DNA of 61,022 bases, the filler included. It is 5 parts of 5 records of this genome, joined end to end, with 100 filler letters (N's around TTAATTAATTAA, not from the genome) between each part and the next. Parts side by side here need not be neighbours in the genome. Positions count along the whole stretch, not along the records: positions 1 to 18,999 come from DRR723986_6199; 4 more parts are not named here. One strand, given 5' to 3'. Under the pieces are notes generated by a model, which was given only the letters and a program-made list of their open reading frames with translations, searched no databases and was not told the DNA's origin. Position numbers and translations under genes: made by a program. Within the stretch, counting starts at the first letter, position 1. The number at the start of each line of letters is the position of its first letter. This document shows, piece by piece, positions 1 to 9,526 of this stretch.

Positions 1-817
1 GCTGCTGCTGTTGTTGTTGCTGCTGTTGCTTTAGTTTTTGCTCGATGTCTTCGATCATCTTGTCGAGCTTCTTAACAATCAGATCTTCCTGATCGCGAAC
101 TCGCGTTCCAAGGCGTCCAAGTTGCAAACGTCGTTCAACGTCGCGCATTAGTCGCCCAACTTCGTCTAGCGAATCTTCTTTGAGCTTCGTGATGTCGGCA
201 AGCATCAGTTTTGCCAACGAGCGATACCGAGTTGGCAATTCATCCTCCCGCTCAAGGAGAAGATTCAGACTTTCGATGCATGGATCTGCCTGCAGTAAGT
301 GGTGCTGCGCCGCCCCTCGATAGAACAACAGCGTCGCCGGATCGCACACTTGGTCAACCGACAGCCCAGCCAGAGTTTCCAGGGCTTCGTCATAGAGCTT
401 CCGTTGGGCGAGCATCCGTCCGGACGCAAGACGAACAGCATCTTGCACCCAGCCAGGTGTTTCCCCGGATAACCAAGGGTAATCCCCAACCTGCACAACG
501 CCGACATCCGTTGACTCAAGCCGTTCACGCAAGTCATTGACCCTTGGGTCGATCATGCTCGCGACCATCAGGACGCGAGACAAAAGCTCGGGGCCTTTAA
601 CTTGTTCGCCAACGCTCTGCCAGTATTCTTCGACCTGCCCACGCACCTCGTCACTGGCTCCTTGATCATCAAGCATCTTGACGATCAATCCAGTGAACTG
701 TTGACCGTCGGGCCACTGCCAACTAGCTGCCTTAGTCAAACCGTCTTCACCCCGCGCAGGCGAAACAAGGAAGTGGCAGCAAATTAAGACGAGCAGTAAA
801 CGTGTCAGTCTTCGCAC
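1..817 (-). CDS. Secreted hypothetical protein, planctomycete type, with a poly-Gln tract; 3' end runs off the window
   Basis: Absent from the ORF track because it has no stop. Manual translation from GTG at 817 (AAGGA upstream) is open for 272 codons: signal peptide MRRLTRLLLVLICCHFLVSPARG, then ...DPATLLFYRGAAQHHLL...DSLDEVGRLMRDVERRLQLGR...IEQKLKQQQQQQQQQ. Confidence 0.8.
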   Translation of the reverse strand, partial: MRRLTRLLLVLICCHFLVSPARGEDGLTKAASWQWPDGQQFTGLIVKMLDDQGASDEVRGQVEEYWQSVGEQVKGPELLSRVLMVASMIDPRVNDLRERLESTDVGVVQVGDYPWLSGETPGWVQDAVRLASGRMLAQRKLYDEALETLAGLSVDQVCDPATLLFYRGAAQHHLLQADPCIESLNLLLEREDELPTRYRSLAKLMLADITKLKEDSLDEVGRLMRDVERRLQLGRLGTRVRDQEDLIVKKLDKMIEDIEQKLKQQQQQQQQQ

Positions 818-1236
818 GTGAACTTTCCTTTTGCTGCGGAGAACTAACGCGTACAACGAATTGGCCGAAGCGATTTGGTTCTTCTGAAACATTTCAAAGC
901 CGTTTTCTCAAGCGTTGTTTGCAGCAGACGGTTCCATGCCAAGAGCGGACTAAATTGAAACCTGCAGTAGTATACCGCAATCGGCCAATACCGGACCGAA
1001 TCGGGCTCCCGGCCCACTACCTGTATTTAGACTATGGCCAGGAATTAGTCCGTGTGAAAATAGCGAATACCGCGAGAGCCGCCGTTTTTCCCCATAATTG
1101 TCGTTAGAAGTGGGACTGTTTGGCGATTATCGCATTCACAGCCCAATTTCTGCGACGCCGCAGCGAACACTTTGCCAGCCCCGGTTTGCGTCACGAAAGC
1201 TTCAATTTCTTTACTTTTACAGCACTGAACCGCACG

Positions 1237-1413
1237 ATGACTATCTTTGCGTTGTTGATCGTTTTAGCCTGCTTCGCCACCTTTGTTGCGTCCACTATTG
1301 TGGCTCTTACGAATCAAAAGTTCAGAATCGTCGCATCGCTCTTTGCGTTACTGGCCTTTTGCGGCGGCACAGCCACAGTCGGAGCATTCGTGCTGGCGGT
1401 GGCATCGATGTAA
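1237..1413 (+). CDS. Small two-helix membrane protein (58 aa)
   Basis: ATG at 1237 within ORF 1120..1413; two hydrophobic stretches separated by NQKFR. Confidence 0.45.
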   Translation: MTIFALLIVLACFATFVASTIVALTNQKFRIVASLFALLAFCGGTATVGAFVLAVASM

Positions 1414-1566
1414 GTCGCTGGTCCCCCTGACTTGTTTGTCCGCGCTGGACGCAAAGAGGGCGAGTGTGCTCTGACGTCCCGAGTTCGGCAGAGCCAATGC
1501 TTGAACGACGCAACCGAATTAGAGTACGATAGCGGCTTTCTCCAACCGCTTACGAGTCGGATTGCA

Positions 1567-2007
1567 ATGCGAGTTTCAGTTGGTAGCGATCATCGCGGTG
1601 TTCGCGTGAAGTCGAAGATCTTAGCCGCACTTGCAGAATGTGGGCACGAGTCGGTTGATCGCGGGACAGATAGCGAATCAAGCGTCGACTACCCAGACTT
1701 TGCAGCAGTCGTTTGTGAGGACGTCACAAGCGGCGACTGTGATCGAGGCGTTCTAATTTGCGGAACGGGGATCGGGATGACGATCGCTGCGAATAAGTAT
1801 GCTGGCATTCGTGCGGCAAACTGTTTCGACGAAGTAACAGCAGAAATATCGCGTCGGCACAATAATGCAAACATCCTTTGTTTGCCTGGAGACTTTCTTG
1901 GTGACCGTCCCGTTGCTGACTTGGTCCGCGTTTGGATGGAGACCGAATTTGCAGGCGGTCGACACTTGCGCCGCTTAGAACAAATATCTGCAATTGAATT
2001 AAATTAA
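1567..2007 (+). CDS. rpiB: Ribose 5-phosphate isomerase B
   Basis: MRVSVGSDHRG, SVDYPDFA, ICGTGIGM, RRHNNANIL and FAGGRHLRR motifs; start moved to ATG 1567. Confidence 0.95.
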   Translation: MRVSVGSDHRGVRVKSKILAALAECGHESVDRGTDSESSVDYPDFAAVVCEDVTSGDCDRGVLICGTGIGMTIAANKYAGIRAANCFDEVTAEISRRHNNANILCLPGDFLGDRPVADLVRVWMETEFAGGRHLRRLEQISAIELN

Positions 2008-2134
2008 CGAGCAGGGTCGCACTGTTAAGGGCTCATGCGGTTAATCAGCACGAACCGCCTACGTCTTAGCCGCAAGCGAACCTTGAGCTGAAGCCTCTAC
2101 AAGACAATCCACCTAAAAAGAAATTGGACATCAC

Positions 2135-3448
2135 ATGGCTGGCAAGAATTCTGCTTTGACCTCTCAACAACTTTCGCGTCGCCAAGCACTGCGAGCCGCG
2201 TCGGGATTAGCTGTCGCTTTTCCGATTGCCTTTGATCCCACACGATGTTTCGCAGCCAATGACAAACTGAATATTGCCTGTGTTGGAACCGCCAATCGTG
2301 CGGACGCTGACATCCAGGGTGTCAAGAGTCAGAACATTGCCGCTTTGTGCGACGTGGATTCAAATTTCCTGGAGAAGGCTTCGAAGCAGTTCCCCGATGC
2401 AAGACTCTACCGTGACTATCGCGAGATGATTGACGCAGAAGGCGACAAAATCGACGCAGTGGTCATTGGAGCGACGGATCACCACCATGCACCAGCGACC
2501 ATGCACGCGATTGCCTCTGGCAAGCACGTTTACTGTGAAAAGCCCCTGACGCACACCGTCGAAGAGGCTCGAATCGTTGCCGAGGCGGCGACCAAGGCTG
2601 GCGTAGCGACTCAGATGGGAACCCAGATTCACGCCGGTGACAATTACCGTCGCGTTGTCGAGATCATCCAGGCTGGTGTCATCGGTGAAGTCAACGAAGT
2701 CCATGTGTGGGTTGGAAAAAGCTGGGGCGGCGACGACCGGCCACTCACTGAAGACGCAGTTCCCGAGAACCTGGATTGGGACCTGTGGCTGGGCCCTGCA
2801 GAAGAACGCCCATTTGCGAAAGGCCGTTACCACCCAGCTCAATGGCGCCGTTGGTGGGACTTTGGCCAAGGAACATTGGGTGACATGGGCTGCCACTACA
2901 TGGATCTCCCATTCTGGGCCCTGAAGCTTCGCCATCCGACCACGATCGAAGCAGAAGGCCCCGAGGTCAATTCCCAGTGGGCGCCCAAGGGCCTGGTCGT
3001 ACACTACGATTTCCCGAAGACAGATGTCTCGCCAGAGCTACGCCTGACCTGGTACGACGGCCGGTCGACTCCACGCAAGGTTGCGGGTGAGCGGGTTCCT
3101 AACAGTGGAGTGATGTTCATCGGGAGCGAGGGCAAGATGTTTGCAGATTACAGCTCCTACCGGTTGTTCCCAACGGAAAAGTTCGCGGACTTCACACCAC
3201 CGCCGAAGACAATTGAAGATTCGATCGGACATCACAATGAGTGGATTGCGGCCTGTCGCGACGGCTCACCAACAACCTGCAACTTTGACTACAGCGGAGC
3301 CCTCACGGAGACGGTCCTGCTTGGCAACGTTGCCTACCGCAGCGGCAAGAAAGTGTCATGGGATGCAGCAAGCCTGAAGACGGACTCTCCTGAGTCGCAG
3401 GAGTTGATCAGTAAGTCCTATCGAGACGGCTGGCAACTTCCGCGTTGA
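2135..3448 (+). CDS. Gfo/Idh/MocA family oxidoreductase with Tat-like signal
   Basis: SRRQAL leader; GKHVYCEKPL, ATQMGTQ, LDWDLWLGPA, GDMGCH. Confidence 0.92.
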   Translation: MAGKNSALTSQQLSRRQALRAASGLAVAFPIAFDPTRCFAANDKLNIACVGTANRADADIQGVKSQNIAALCDVDSNFLEKASKQFPDARLYRDYREMIDAEGDKIDAVVIGATDHHHAPATMHAIASGKHVYCEKPLTHTVEEARIVAEAATKAGVATQMGTQIHAGDNYRRVVEIIQAGVIGEVNEVHVWVGKSWGGDDRPLTEDAVPENLDWDLWLGPAEERPFAKGRYHPAQWRRWWDFGQGTLGDMGCHYMDLPFWALKLRHPTTIEAEGPEVNSQWAPKGLVVHYDFPKTDVSPELRLTWYDGRSTPRKVAGERVPNSGVMFIGSEGKMFADYSSYRLFPTEKFADFTPPPKTIEDSIGHHNEWIAACRDGSPTTCNFDYSGALTETVLLGNVAYRSGKKVSWDAASLKTDSPESQELISKSYRDGWQLPR

Positions 3449-3545
3449 TTGAACTTACGCCTGCTGAACAGAAAGCCGCATCCGAGAGGTTTTCGCAATC
3501 GTTCGGAAGGCCATGCGTTAACAGATACTGCGAGTAGCCTTGAAC

Positions 3546-4988
3546 CTAGCGAGCTTTTTCGATTCGCTGTGAGTACTCAGGGCGTTGGCTCCAAGTGTCG
3601 AAGTAAGCTCGATAGTCATCGACGGCGGTCCAAAACCGTGGCTCAGGTTCACCAGCGTTGACTGTTCCCTCGGGATAGTCTTCCCCGTCGATGCTGCGTT
3701 TCAAGCTGGCCTCAAACTCCTCAAGGGCTTGCATGGCGGACATTGATCGGACTGTCGACGCCGAGTAAAGATTATTGCTCTCAGTTGCATCGGCGCTTAG
3801 GTCGTACAGCTCCATTCTGCTAGGCTTGCCCTTGGCAGCCGCGAAACGTATCAGCTTTGTATCGTTGTCAACGATCGCGGTATGGTTTTGGTAGTGGAAT
3901 GGAATCGGCTTTTCACGCAGCTTCGCGTAAGACTTCAGCGAACTGACCAAGCTGACTCCGTCTTGCGGATACGTCTTTTCCGGCGCTTGCAAACCGACCA
4001 GTTCCGCGACCGTCGGGTAAATATCCATCACGCAGGCAGGCATTAGCGATACCTGCGATGGAAGTTGTCCGCCGGGCCATTCGATTATCCCTGGAACACG
4101 CAGCCCGCCTTCATACATAGAGCCCTTGAATCCTCGCAGACCACCAACTGTCTCCGGCTGAATCTTGGGCAATCCACCGTTATCACTACAGAACCAGACC
4201 AGCGTGTTTCTTTCGATACCGAGTTCTCGCAAACCACTTCGCAGCCGTCCGATACTGCGGTCCATGGCAACCAGCTCGCCGTAGTGGTCTCGCGACTGAG
4301 CAGGCAGATCCGCAAACTCGGCCGCATCTTCCTCCGATGCAAAGAACGGATTGTGAGGCGTACCAAACCAAACGACCGTCAGCGAAGGCTGCTGACGTCG
4401 GCTAGCAAAACGAATAAAACGAAGCGCCTCATCAACGACGACTTCCGACGAATCTCCTTGATATTCCTCAAATGCCCCATTACGGCTTAGGATGGGGTTT
4501 CGATCGAAGAAGTTGGTCACGCTCAACCACTGCGAGAAACCGAAAACGCCAGGCGAGTGGGTATCCTCGGCCAGAATTGGAACTCCCGGTCCACGCAATC
4601 CATTCAAATGCCACTTTCCAAAGTGCCCGGTCGCGTAGCCCGCTTTCTGCATCGCTTGTGCAATTGTCGGCTCCTGCCGCCGGAGAGCGTAACCGTGTGA
4701 AGGCACGCCGCACCGGCAATGGCTTCTGCCGGTCAAGACCGACGCGCGGGTCGGTGAACAAACAGGACCACCCGCATAAAAGCGTTCAAAGCGGATGCCA
4801 TCTCGAGCCATCTGATCCAGATTGGGCGTTTTCAGCCGCGGGTGTTCACGGTAGCCAACTTCTCCCCATCCCTGATCATCGGCCATGACCAGCACAACAT
4901 TCAACGGCTCATCTGCATTTGCTGCGAGCGGGAAGCAATATAAACACAACATTGCGACTAAGACAGCGCGTAACACGGGCTTGAACAT
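3546..4988 (-). CDS. Secreted formylglycine-type (Cys) sulfatase
   Basis: Signal peptide; MADDQG, CSPTRASVLTG (CxPxR), GKWHL, SDNG, YEGGLRVP. Confidence 0.93.
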   Translation of the reverse strand: MFKPVLRAVLVAMLCLYCFPLAANADEPLNVVLVMADDQGWGEVGYREHPRLKTPNLDQMARDGIRFERFYAGGPVCSPTRASVLTGRSHCRCGVPSHGYALRRQEPTIAQAMQKAGYATGHFGKWHLNGLRGPGVPILAEDTHSPGVFGFSQWLSVTNFFDRNPILSRNGAFEEYQGDSSEVVVDEALRFIRFASRRQQPSLTVVWFGTPHNPFFASEEDAAEFADLPAQSRDHYGELVAMDRSIGRLRSGLRELGIERNTLVWFCSDNGGLPKIQPETVGGLRGFKGSMYEGGLRVPGIIEWPGGQLPSQVSLMPACVMDIYPTVAELVGLQAPEKTYPQDGVSLVSSLKSYAKLREKPIPFHYQNHTAIVDNDTKLIRFAAAKGKPSRMELYDLSADATESNNLYSASTVRSMSAMQALEEFEASLKRSIDGEDYPEGTVNAGEPEPRFWTAVDDYRAYFDTWSQRPEYSQRIEKAR

Positions 4989-5122
4989 CTGAAAATTCGT
5001 CCAATATATCTTTGGGAAGGCGGCATACTTGGCCGGAGGAAACGGCGCTGCAAACCCATTTGCGAATGACTCGCCGAAAAAATGCAGTGGCTAGCCCGTA
5101 CTTCGTTTCATGGTATCGCATT

Positions 5123-5160
5123 GGGTGCGACTGGTGTTAGCGGGTGCGACTGGTGTTAGC
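5123..5160. repeat. Perfect 19-bp tandem duplication GGGTGCGACTGGTGTTAGC x2
   Basis: Copies at 5123-5141 and 5142-5160, just downstream of the stop of the minus-strand gene at 5169. Confidence 0.9.
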
Positions 5161-5168
5161 CCGCTGAC

Positions 5169-6719
5169 CTAGAAGCCGAATCCGGCGCGTACCATGATCG
5201 TATCCTGCAAGTCCAGGTTGTCTTCCGGCGCGTTGCGATAGATCAGTTCTCGGTCAAAAACGTAGCCAATTTCAAGAAAGCCACGACGCCGTCCTTCACG
5301 CATTTGCTCATTTCGGCCCCACTCAAGGCCCAAGACCAAACGCAGATCGTTGATATCGATCGAGTCGGCATTGCCATTAGTGCGTTGAACGGTCCAAGCC
5401 CCACCGCCATAGTAACCACCGACGTACCACCATGTGTCGGTCGTTCCAACCGTGGACAGGTAGTGTGCAAGCTTGGGTTCAGGAAAAAACAAATCGAACC
5501 GTGTCTCAGGATTGGGCTGCCACAAGAGGCCTCCGGCTGGCAAGAGTTTGATGCGATTGCGGTCCAGGTAGAGCACACCAAGCTTCACCGTCGCTCGAGG
5601 AGTTAGCCTCAGACGTCCTATCGCTCGGCCCATGACTCGCACAGAGTCCGATGTAAACGTTTCAAAATCAGAGAAGGCACCCACGCGCACACCCAGCTCA
5701 GCGCCAAGAATTCGTCCGGGATCAGACTGCCATCCAGTGTCTAGGAACGCGGAGTACGCGATGGCAGGTAAGTCCGCGTTGGCTCCAGGATGTGGTCCGT
5801 CCCACTGGTGTAGTGAAAACGACGGCAGCAGGTAGAGTGGTTGAGTCGAATAGAGGAAATTCGGCCACGCGAATGCCAACGCGAGATCCGAATCATTGAT
5901 CATCAAGCCATCTGTTTCGTCGTTGCCATGGATATAGGCGTGACGAAATCGCGGGCCCTGAAAGAATCGAATGAACTGAGGGTATCCACCCTGACCGCCC
6001 TGGAACACGGTTCCTTGTGGATTCCATGTGGATTGCGGATAGGTTCCCGGAACGCCGTTCTGCGTTTGTGGATAGGCGTACGGAGACGGAGGAAGTGTGT
6101 TGTATCGTGAGCCGAATATGCCTTCGTACAGCCCGCCGAAAAGGCCGCTTGATTGTGTAGGCCCGGAACCGGGGAACAATGACGATGGTGCGTTTGGATA
6201 CGCGCCGGTCTGAGGGAATACGCCGCCACCATTCTGGAACGTCCCGACGGTAGCACTTTGCCCTGCACCTGGAATAATGGGATTAGGTCCCGTGTATCCC
6301 GGATAGCCAACGGCTCCTGGTGCAGTCTGATATATCCCCGGTGCTGTACTGGGCGGATAGACCGGAGCGGAGTAGGGCGTACCAAACGGTTGAACCGGAG
6401 CGCCGACAACAGGACCACCAAGCAAAGGTGGCGGAGATGCGTTGGTCGAAAATGCGTCAAATGTCGGAGCCGTCGAAGGTCCGAGAACCGCCCCTGGAAC
6501 TGGCACCATAGCTGGAGGAGTCGCTACCGTTGGTGGAACTCCTGTCGAAGGAAACGCTGCGTTTGGCGAACCAATCGTGCTCGGTGCCTGAGTTCGAAGA
6601 GCATTGCCGCCGGACGGAAACTGAACCTGCTGACCAAGTGCGGGCATTGCTAGCAAAGCCACAAAGACGCATCCTCGAACCGCGCTGGCGATTCGATAGT
6701 TTTGCAGGTGGCTTGGCAT
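5169..6719 (-). CDS. Hypothetical protein: Pro/Gly-rich N-terminus and probable outer-membrane beta-barrel C-terminus
   Basis: Signal-like VFVALLAMPALG after MPSHLQ (start 6719); low-complexity P/G/T region; amphipathic beta-strands; terminal ...VRAGFGF aromatic signature. Confidence 0.7.
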   Translation of the reverse strand: MPSHLQNYRIASAVRGCVFVALLAMPALGQQVQFPSGGNALRTQAPSTIGSPNAAFPSTGVPPTVATPPAMVPVPGAVLGPSTAPTFDAFSTNASPPPLLGGPVVGAPVQPFGTPYSAPVYPPSTAPGIYQTAPGAVGYPGYTGPNPIIPGAGQSATVGTFQNGGGVFPQTGAYPNAPSSLFPGSGPTQSSGLFGGLYEGIFGSRYNTLPPSPYAYPQTQNGVPGTYPQSTWNPQGTVFQGGQGGYPQFIRFFQGPRFRHAYIHGNDETDGLMINDSDLALAFAWPNFLYSTQPLYLLPSFSLHQWDGPHPGANADLPAIAYSAFLDTGWQSDPGRILGAELGVRVGAFSDFETFTSDSVRVMGRAIGRLRLTPRATVKLGVLYLDRNRIKLLPAGGLLWQPNPETRFDLFFPEPKLAHYLSTVGTTDTWWYVGGYYGGGAWTVQRTNGNADSIDINDLRLVLGLEWGRNEQMREGRRRGFLEIGYVFDRELIYRNAPEDNLDLQDTIMVRAGFGF

Positions 6720-6914
6720 TGTCTTGCCTAAGGCGAAAGCGGGGGAGTCGGCACAAAATGACTCCATCTTGAATGTAACTAGCGAAAATTGCGCGAATTC
6801 GTCAAGATGTCTCGCTCCATTGCTAGTGAATGCTCCGCCAGTTTCATCGATGGCATTCACGATGTGTCCCCAACCGCAACCAACATTCCCTGATGACTTA
6901 GGAAGAAACGCGTC

Positions 6915-7313
6915 GTGATTCGCTTTCTAGCTACCGCAATTAAAGTCGTCTGGGCGTCTCCAAACACCATGCTTGGACTCTTTGTCGGGCTCCCCAACTT
7001 GCTAACCGGCGGGAAGACGCGATTTCGAAAAGGAGCAATTGAATTCGCTGGTGGCGGTTTGACGAAAGCGTTTTCCAGCCTGCCGCGTTCAAACATTGCT
7101 GCGATGACGCTGGGCCACGTCATTCTTGGGATCAGCTTCGATGCACTCGACCGAGTGACGAATCATGAGCGCGTGCATGTTGCGCAGTACACGCGTTGGG
7201 GGCCATTTTTCTTGCCAGCCTACGGCTTTTCTTCCCTGGTGGCTTGGATGCAAGGCAAGGACGCCTACTTGGAAAATGTGTTCGAGATCGAGGCTTACAA
7301 GGTCAAGGGATAA
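6915..7313 (+). CDS. Small HExxH (zincin-like) hypothetical protein
   Basis: AMTLGHVIL...NHERVHVAQYTRWGPFFLPAY...NVFEIEAY. Confidence 0.7.
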   Translation: MIRFLATAIKVVWASPNTMLGLFVGLPNLLTGGKTRFRKGAIEFAGGGLTKAFSSLPRSNIAAMTLGHVILGISFDALDRVTNHERVHVAQYTRWGPFFLPAYGFSSLVAWMQGKDAYLENVFEIEAYKVKG

Positions 7314-7566
7314 TCGACCGCGGCACCGCCTTGCTTGTTGCCCGAAGGCCGCCCCTTGGAAAGAAAGTCGTAGTTTCTGCGCGAGCAATTGCGGCTCGGA
7401 TTTGCCCTGGTCAGCATGGCCGCAGGCTACTCTTTGCACGGACCGCTGAATACAATCGATGAATCGGTCCTACAGAATCGGCCCTGCGAGCCCCCCCAAG
7501 GTCCCGAGTTTGGAATCGCTAGAACGCCGAATCCGTGCCATTTCGTCCTTCTGACGCAAGACAATT

Positions 7567-9381
7567 ATGACCATGACTAGCCTCCGTACGCCGTTTGTCC
7601 TAGCTTGCTTAGCCGCTTTCTTAGCCGGGTTTCCCTGGGGAGCCAATGTTGCTTGCGGTCAGGGAGTGTCCATCCTGGAAAAGGCTCCCGCAACGAAGCC
7701 TGCCGCAGAGACCGCGGCGCAACCAAAACTGGATGCCAACAAGCTGAGCGATGCCTTGGGACTATCCTCAGAATCTGGGGCAAAGACACCGGCAGCGAGC
7801 CAACCGCCCGCGGTCCAAATTCCGACAGAAGAGTTGCCTCTGCCAGCACCGGAGGAGGCACCTGCCGCATCACCCAGCAGCCAATCTACGCCGCTTCAAA
7901 GCGGCCCGCCGAGCAGGAGCCCTGGGACTAGTGGCAACTCGGCCGCCATCCCTCCAAGACAACCAACGGTTTCTAAGTTCGTCGTTGGTGCTCCGATGCA
8001 CGAAGCGTTCGTAACCGCAGCGCAACCTGTCGTCCCGGCAAGCGTGGTCGTTCCATTCACGCCGCCTCCCGAAGTAGACGAACAACCCTCTTCGATCGAT
8101 CGACAAGGAACCAACATGGGTTGGATTGCCGGCTATTGGGCTTGGCACGATGACATGTTTGTCTGGATCACAGGAATGAATCGGGAGATACCGCCCGGCC
8201 GACGTTGGGTGCCCGGACGTTGGAGCACTGCGGCAGGGGGATACCAATGGAACAGTGGCTTTTGGGCCGATGCGAACACTGATACGGTCCTAAACACTCC
8301 ACGCCCCCCACAACACAACTGGCTCTTGCCGCCCAGCGGTATCGCCCAAGGTTCGTTTTGGATGCCAAGCGGCTATCAGTGGCAGAACAACGGATTCATC
8401 CTGAAACAAGGATATTCATCGAAGCACCAAGACAAATTCATCTGGCAACCATCTCAGTTTGTTCAAACACCGAATGGCTTCGTGTTCGTCAGTGGATACT
8501 GGGACTTTGAATTGTCGCTTCGCGGCACTCCATTAGCGCCGACCGCGATCGCTCGCGACCAATTGAGCCAACCACTGCAGTTTACGCCAAACGTTGCCCT
8601 TACCACCGACGCATCTCTGCTGTCACATCTTTTTTTCCGGCGCGGTGACCATCACGTGTATTTCACCGACTTTGCCTCGGCGGCCTCCCCATCCCTCGGC
8701 CTAACTCCTTGGTATGCGGCGGAAGCAGAATCCATTACGGCGTCACCGTTGCTGAGCTATTACCGCTGGAAATACGAACGACGAGGAATCAACTTTGATT
8801 CCTCCATGGCGGGTGTACCCGACACTTATCGACAACGCAGCGGCGTCGATCTCTTGCCCGGAGTCGTCTCGCGTGGCGGCTTGCAGGTAAGCGTCGAGGA
8901 TCCGCTGGCCAATCAGTTCTCGTCATTTGACGGCCTGGTAAGTCGTCGTCCGGCAGCAAACCAAGTGGCGCAGAACCAAGCTGCATCGTCGCAGCCCAAC
9001 AGGCTATCTGATAACAGATACAGCCAGCAGAGCCCGGTTCCGCTGGGCAATTCCGCCCTAGGACTCCAGGCCCAACCTCGTGTTCAATTAGAGCTTCGAT
9101 CCAGTGCTCGAGTTGCGGTCACGCCATTTGGCATTATCGTTCCGCTTGGAATCACACCGGCTCGTTCGCCCCTTGCTCGGCCACCGCTTTCTCGTTCTCC
9201 AGTACCCCGTGCAACGACCAGCAGAATCCCAACACCATCACGAATCGCGACGCCATTGGTCCCGATACCGACACCAGCAACAATCGGTCGCCCGTCAGGA
9301 ATTCCGCCGTTTGGGATAAGTCCGAGAAGCATTCCTCGGCCGCCAATCCCAGGTCCCGGATTCCGCCGATTTGGCCGCTAA
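7567..9381 (+). CDS. Secreted YXWGXW-repeat protein with Pro-rich termini
   Basis: Signal peptide; WIAGYWAW, WVPGRW, WNSGFW, FVSGYWD repeats. Confidence 0.8.
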   Translation: MTMTSLRTPFVLACLAAFLAGFPWGANVACGQGVSILEKAPATKPAAETAAQPKLDANKLSDALGLSSESGAKTPAASQPPAVQIPTEELPLPAPEEAPAASPSSQSTPLQSGPPSRSPGTSGNSAAIPPRQPTVSKFVVGAPMHEAFVTAAQPVVPASVVVPFTPPPEVDEQPSSIDRQGTNMGWIAGYWAWHDDMFVWITGMNREIPPGRRWVPGRWSTAAGGYQWNSGFWADANTDTVLNTPRPPQHNWLLPPSGIAQGSFWMPSGYQWQNNGFILKQGYSSKHQDKFIWQPSQFVQTPNGFVFVSGYWDFELSLRGTPLAPTAIARDQLSQPLQFTPNVALTTDASLLSHLFFRRGDHHVYFTDFASAASPSLGLTPWYAAEAESITASPLLSYYRWKYERRGINFDSSMAGVPDTYRQRSGVDLLPGVVSRGGLQVSVEDPLANQFSSFDGLVSRRPAANQVAQNQAASSQPNRLSDNRYSQQSPVPLGNSALGLQAQPRVQLELRSSARVAVTPFGIIVPLGITPARSPLARPPLSRSPVPRATTSRIPTPSRIATPLVPIPTPATIGRPSGIPPFGISPRSIPRPPIPGPGFRRFGR

Positions 9382-9526
9382 GCCGACTCACGCACTGGAC
9401 CAACTCACGCGCTAGACCAGTTGGATGAGCCGGTTTGCCAGCCTATTCATCGAGTTCGATCGCTGGATGGACAAGCTACTCAGAGTAGCGACGGATGCCG
9501 GATGAGCGGTTGCGCGACGCAACTTT

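Noticed and set aside
2-28. CTG/TTG triplet repeat
   Set aside because: Encodes the poly-Gln tract of the minus-strand gene; an ordinary low-complexity linker
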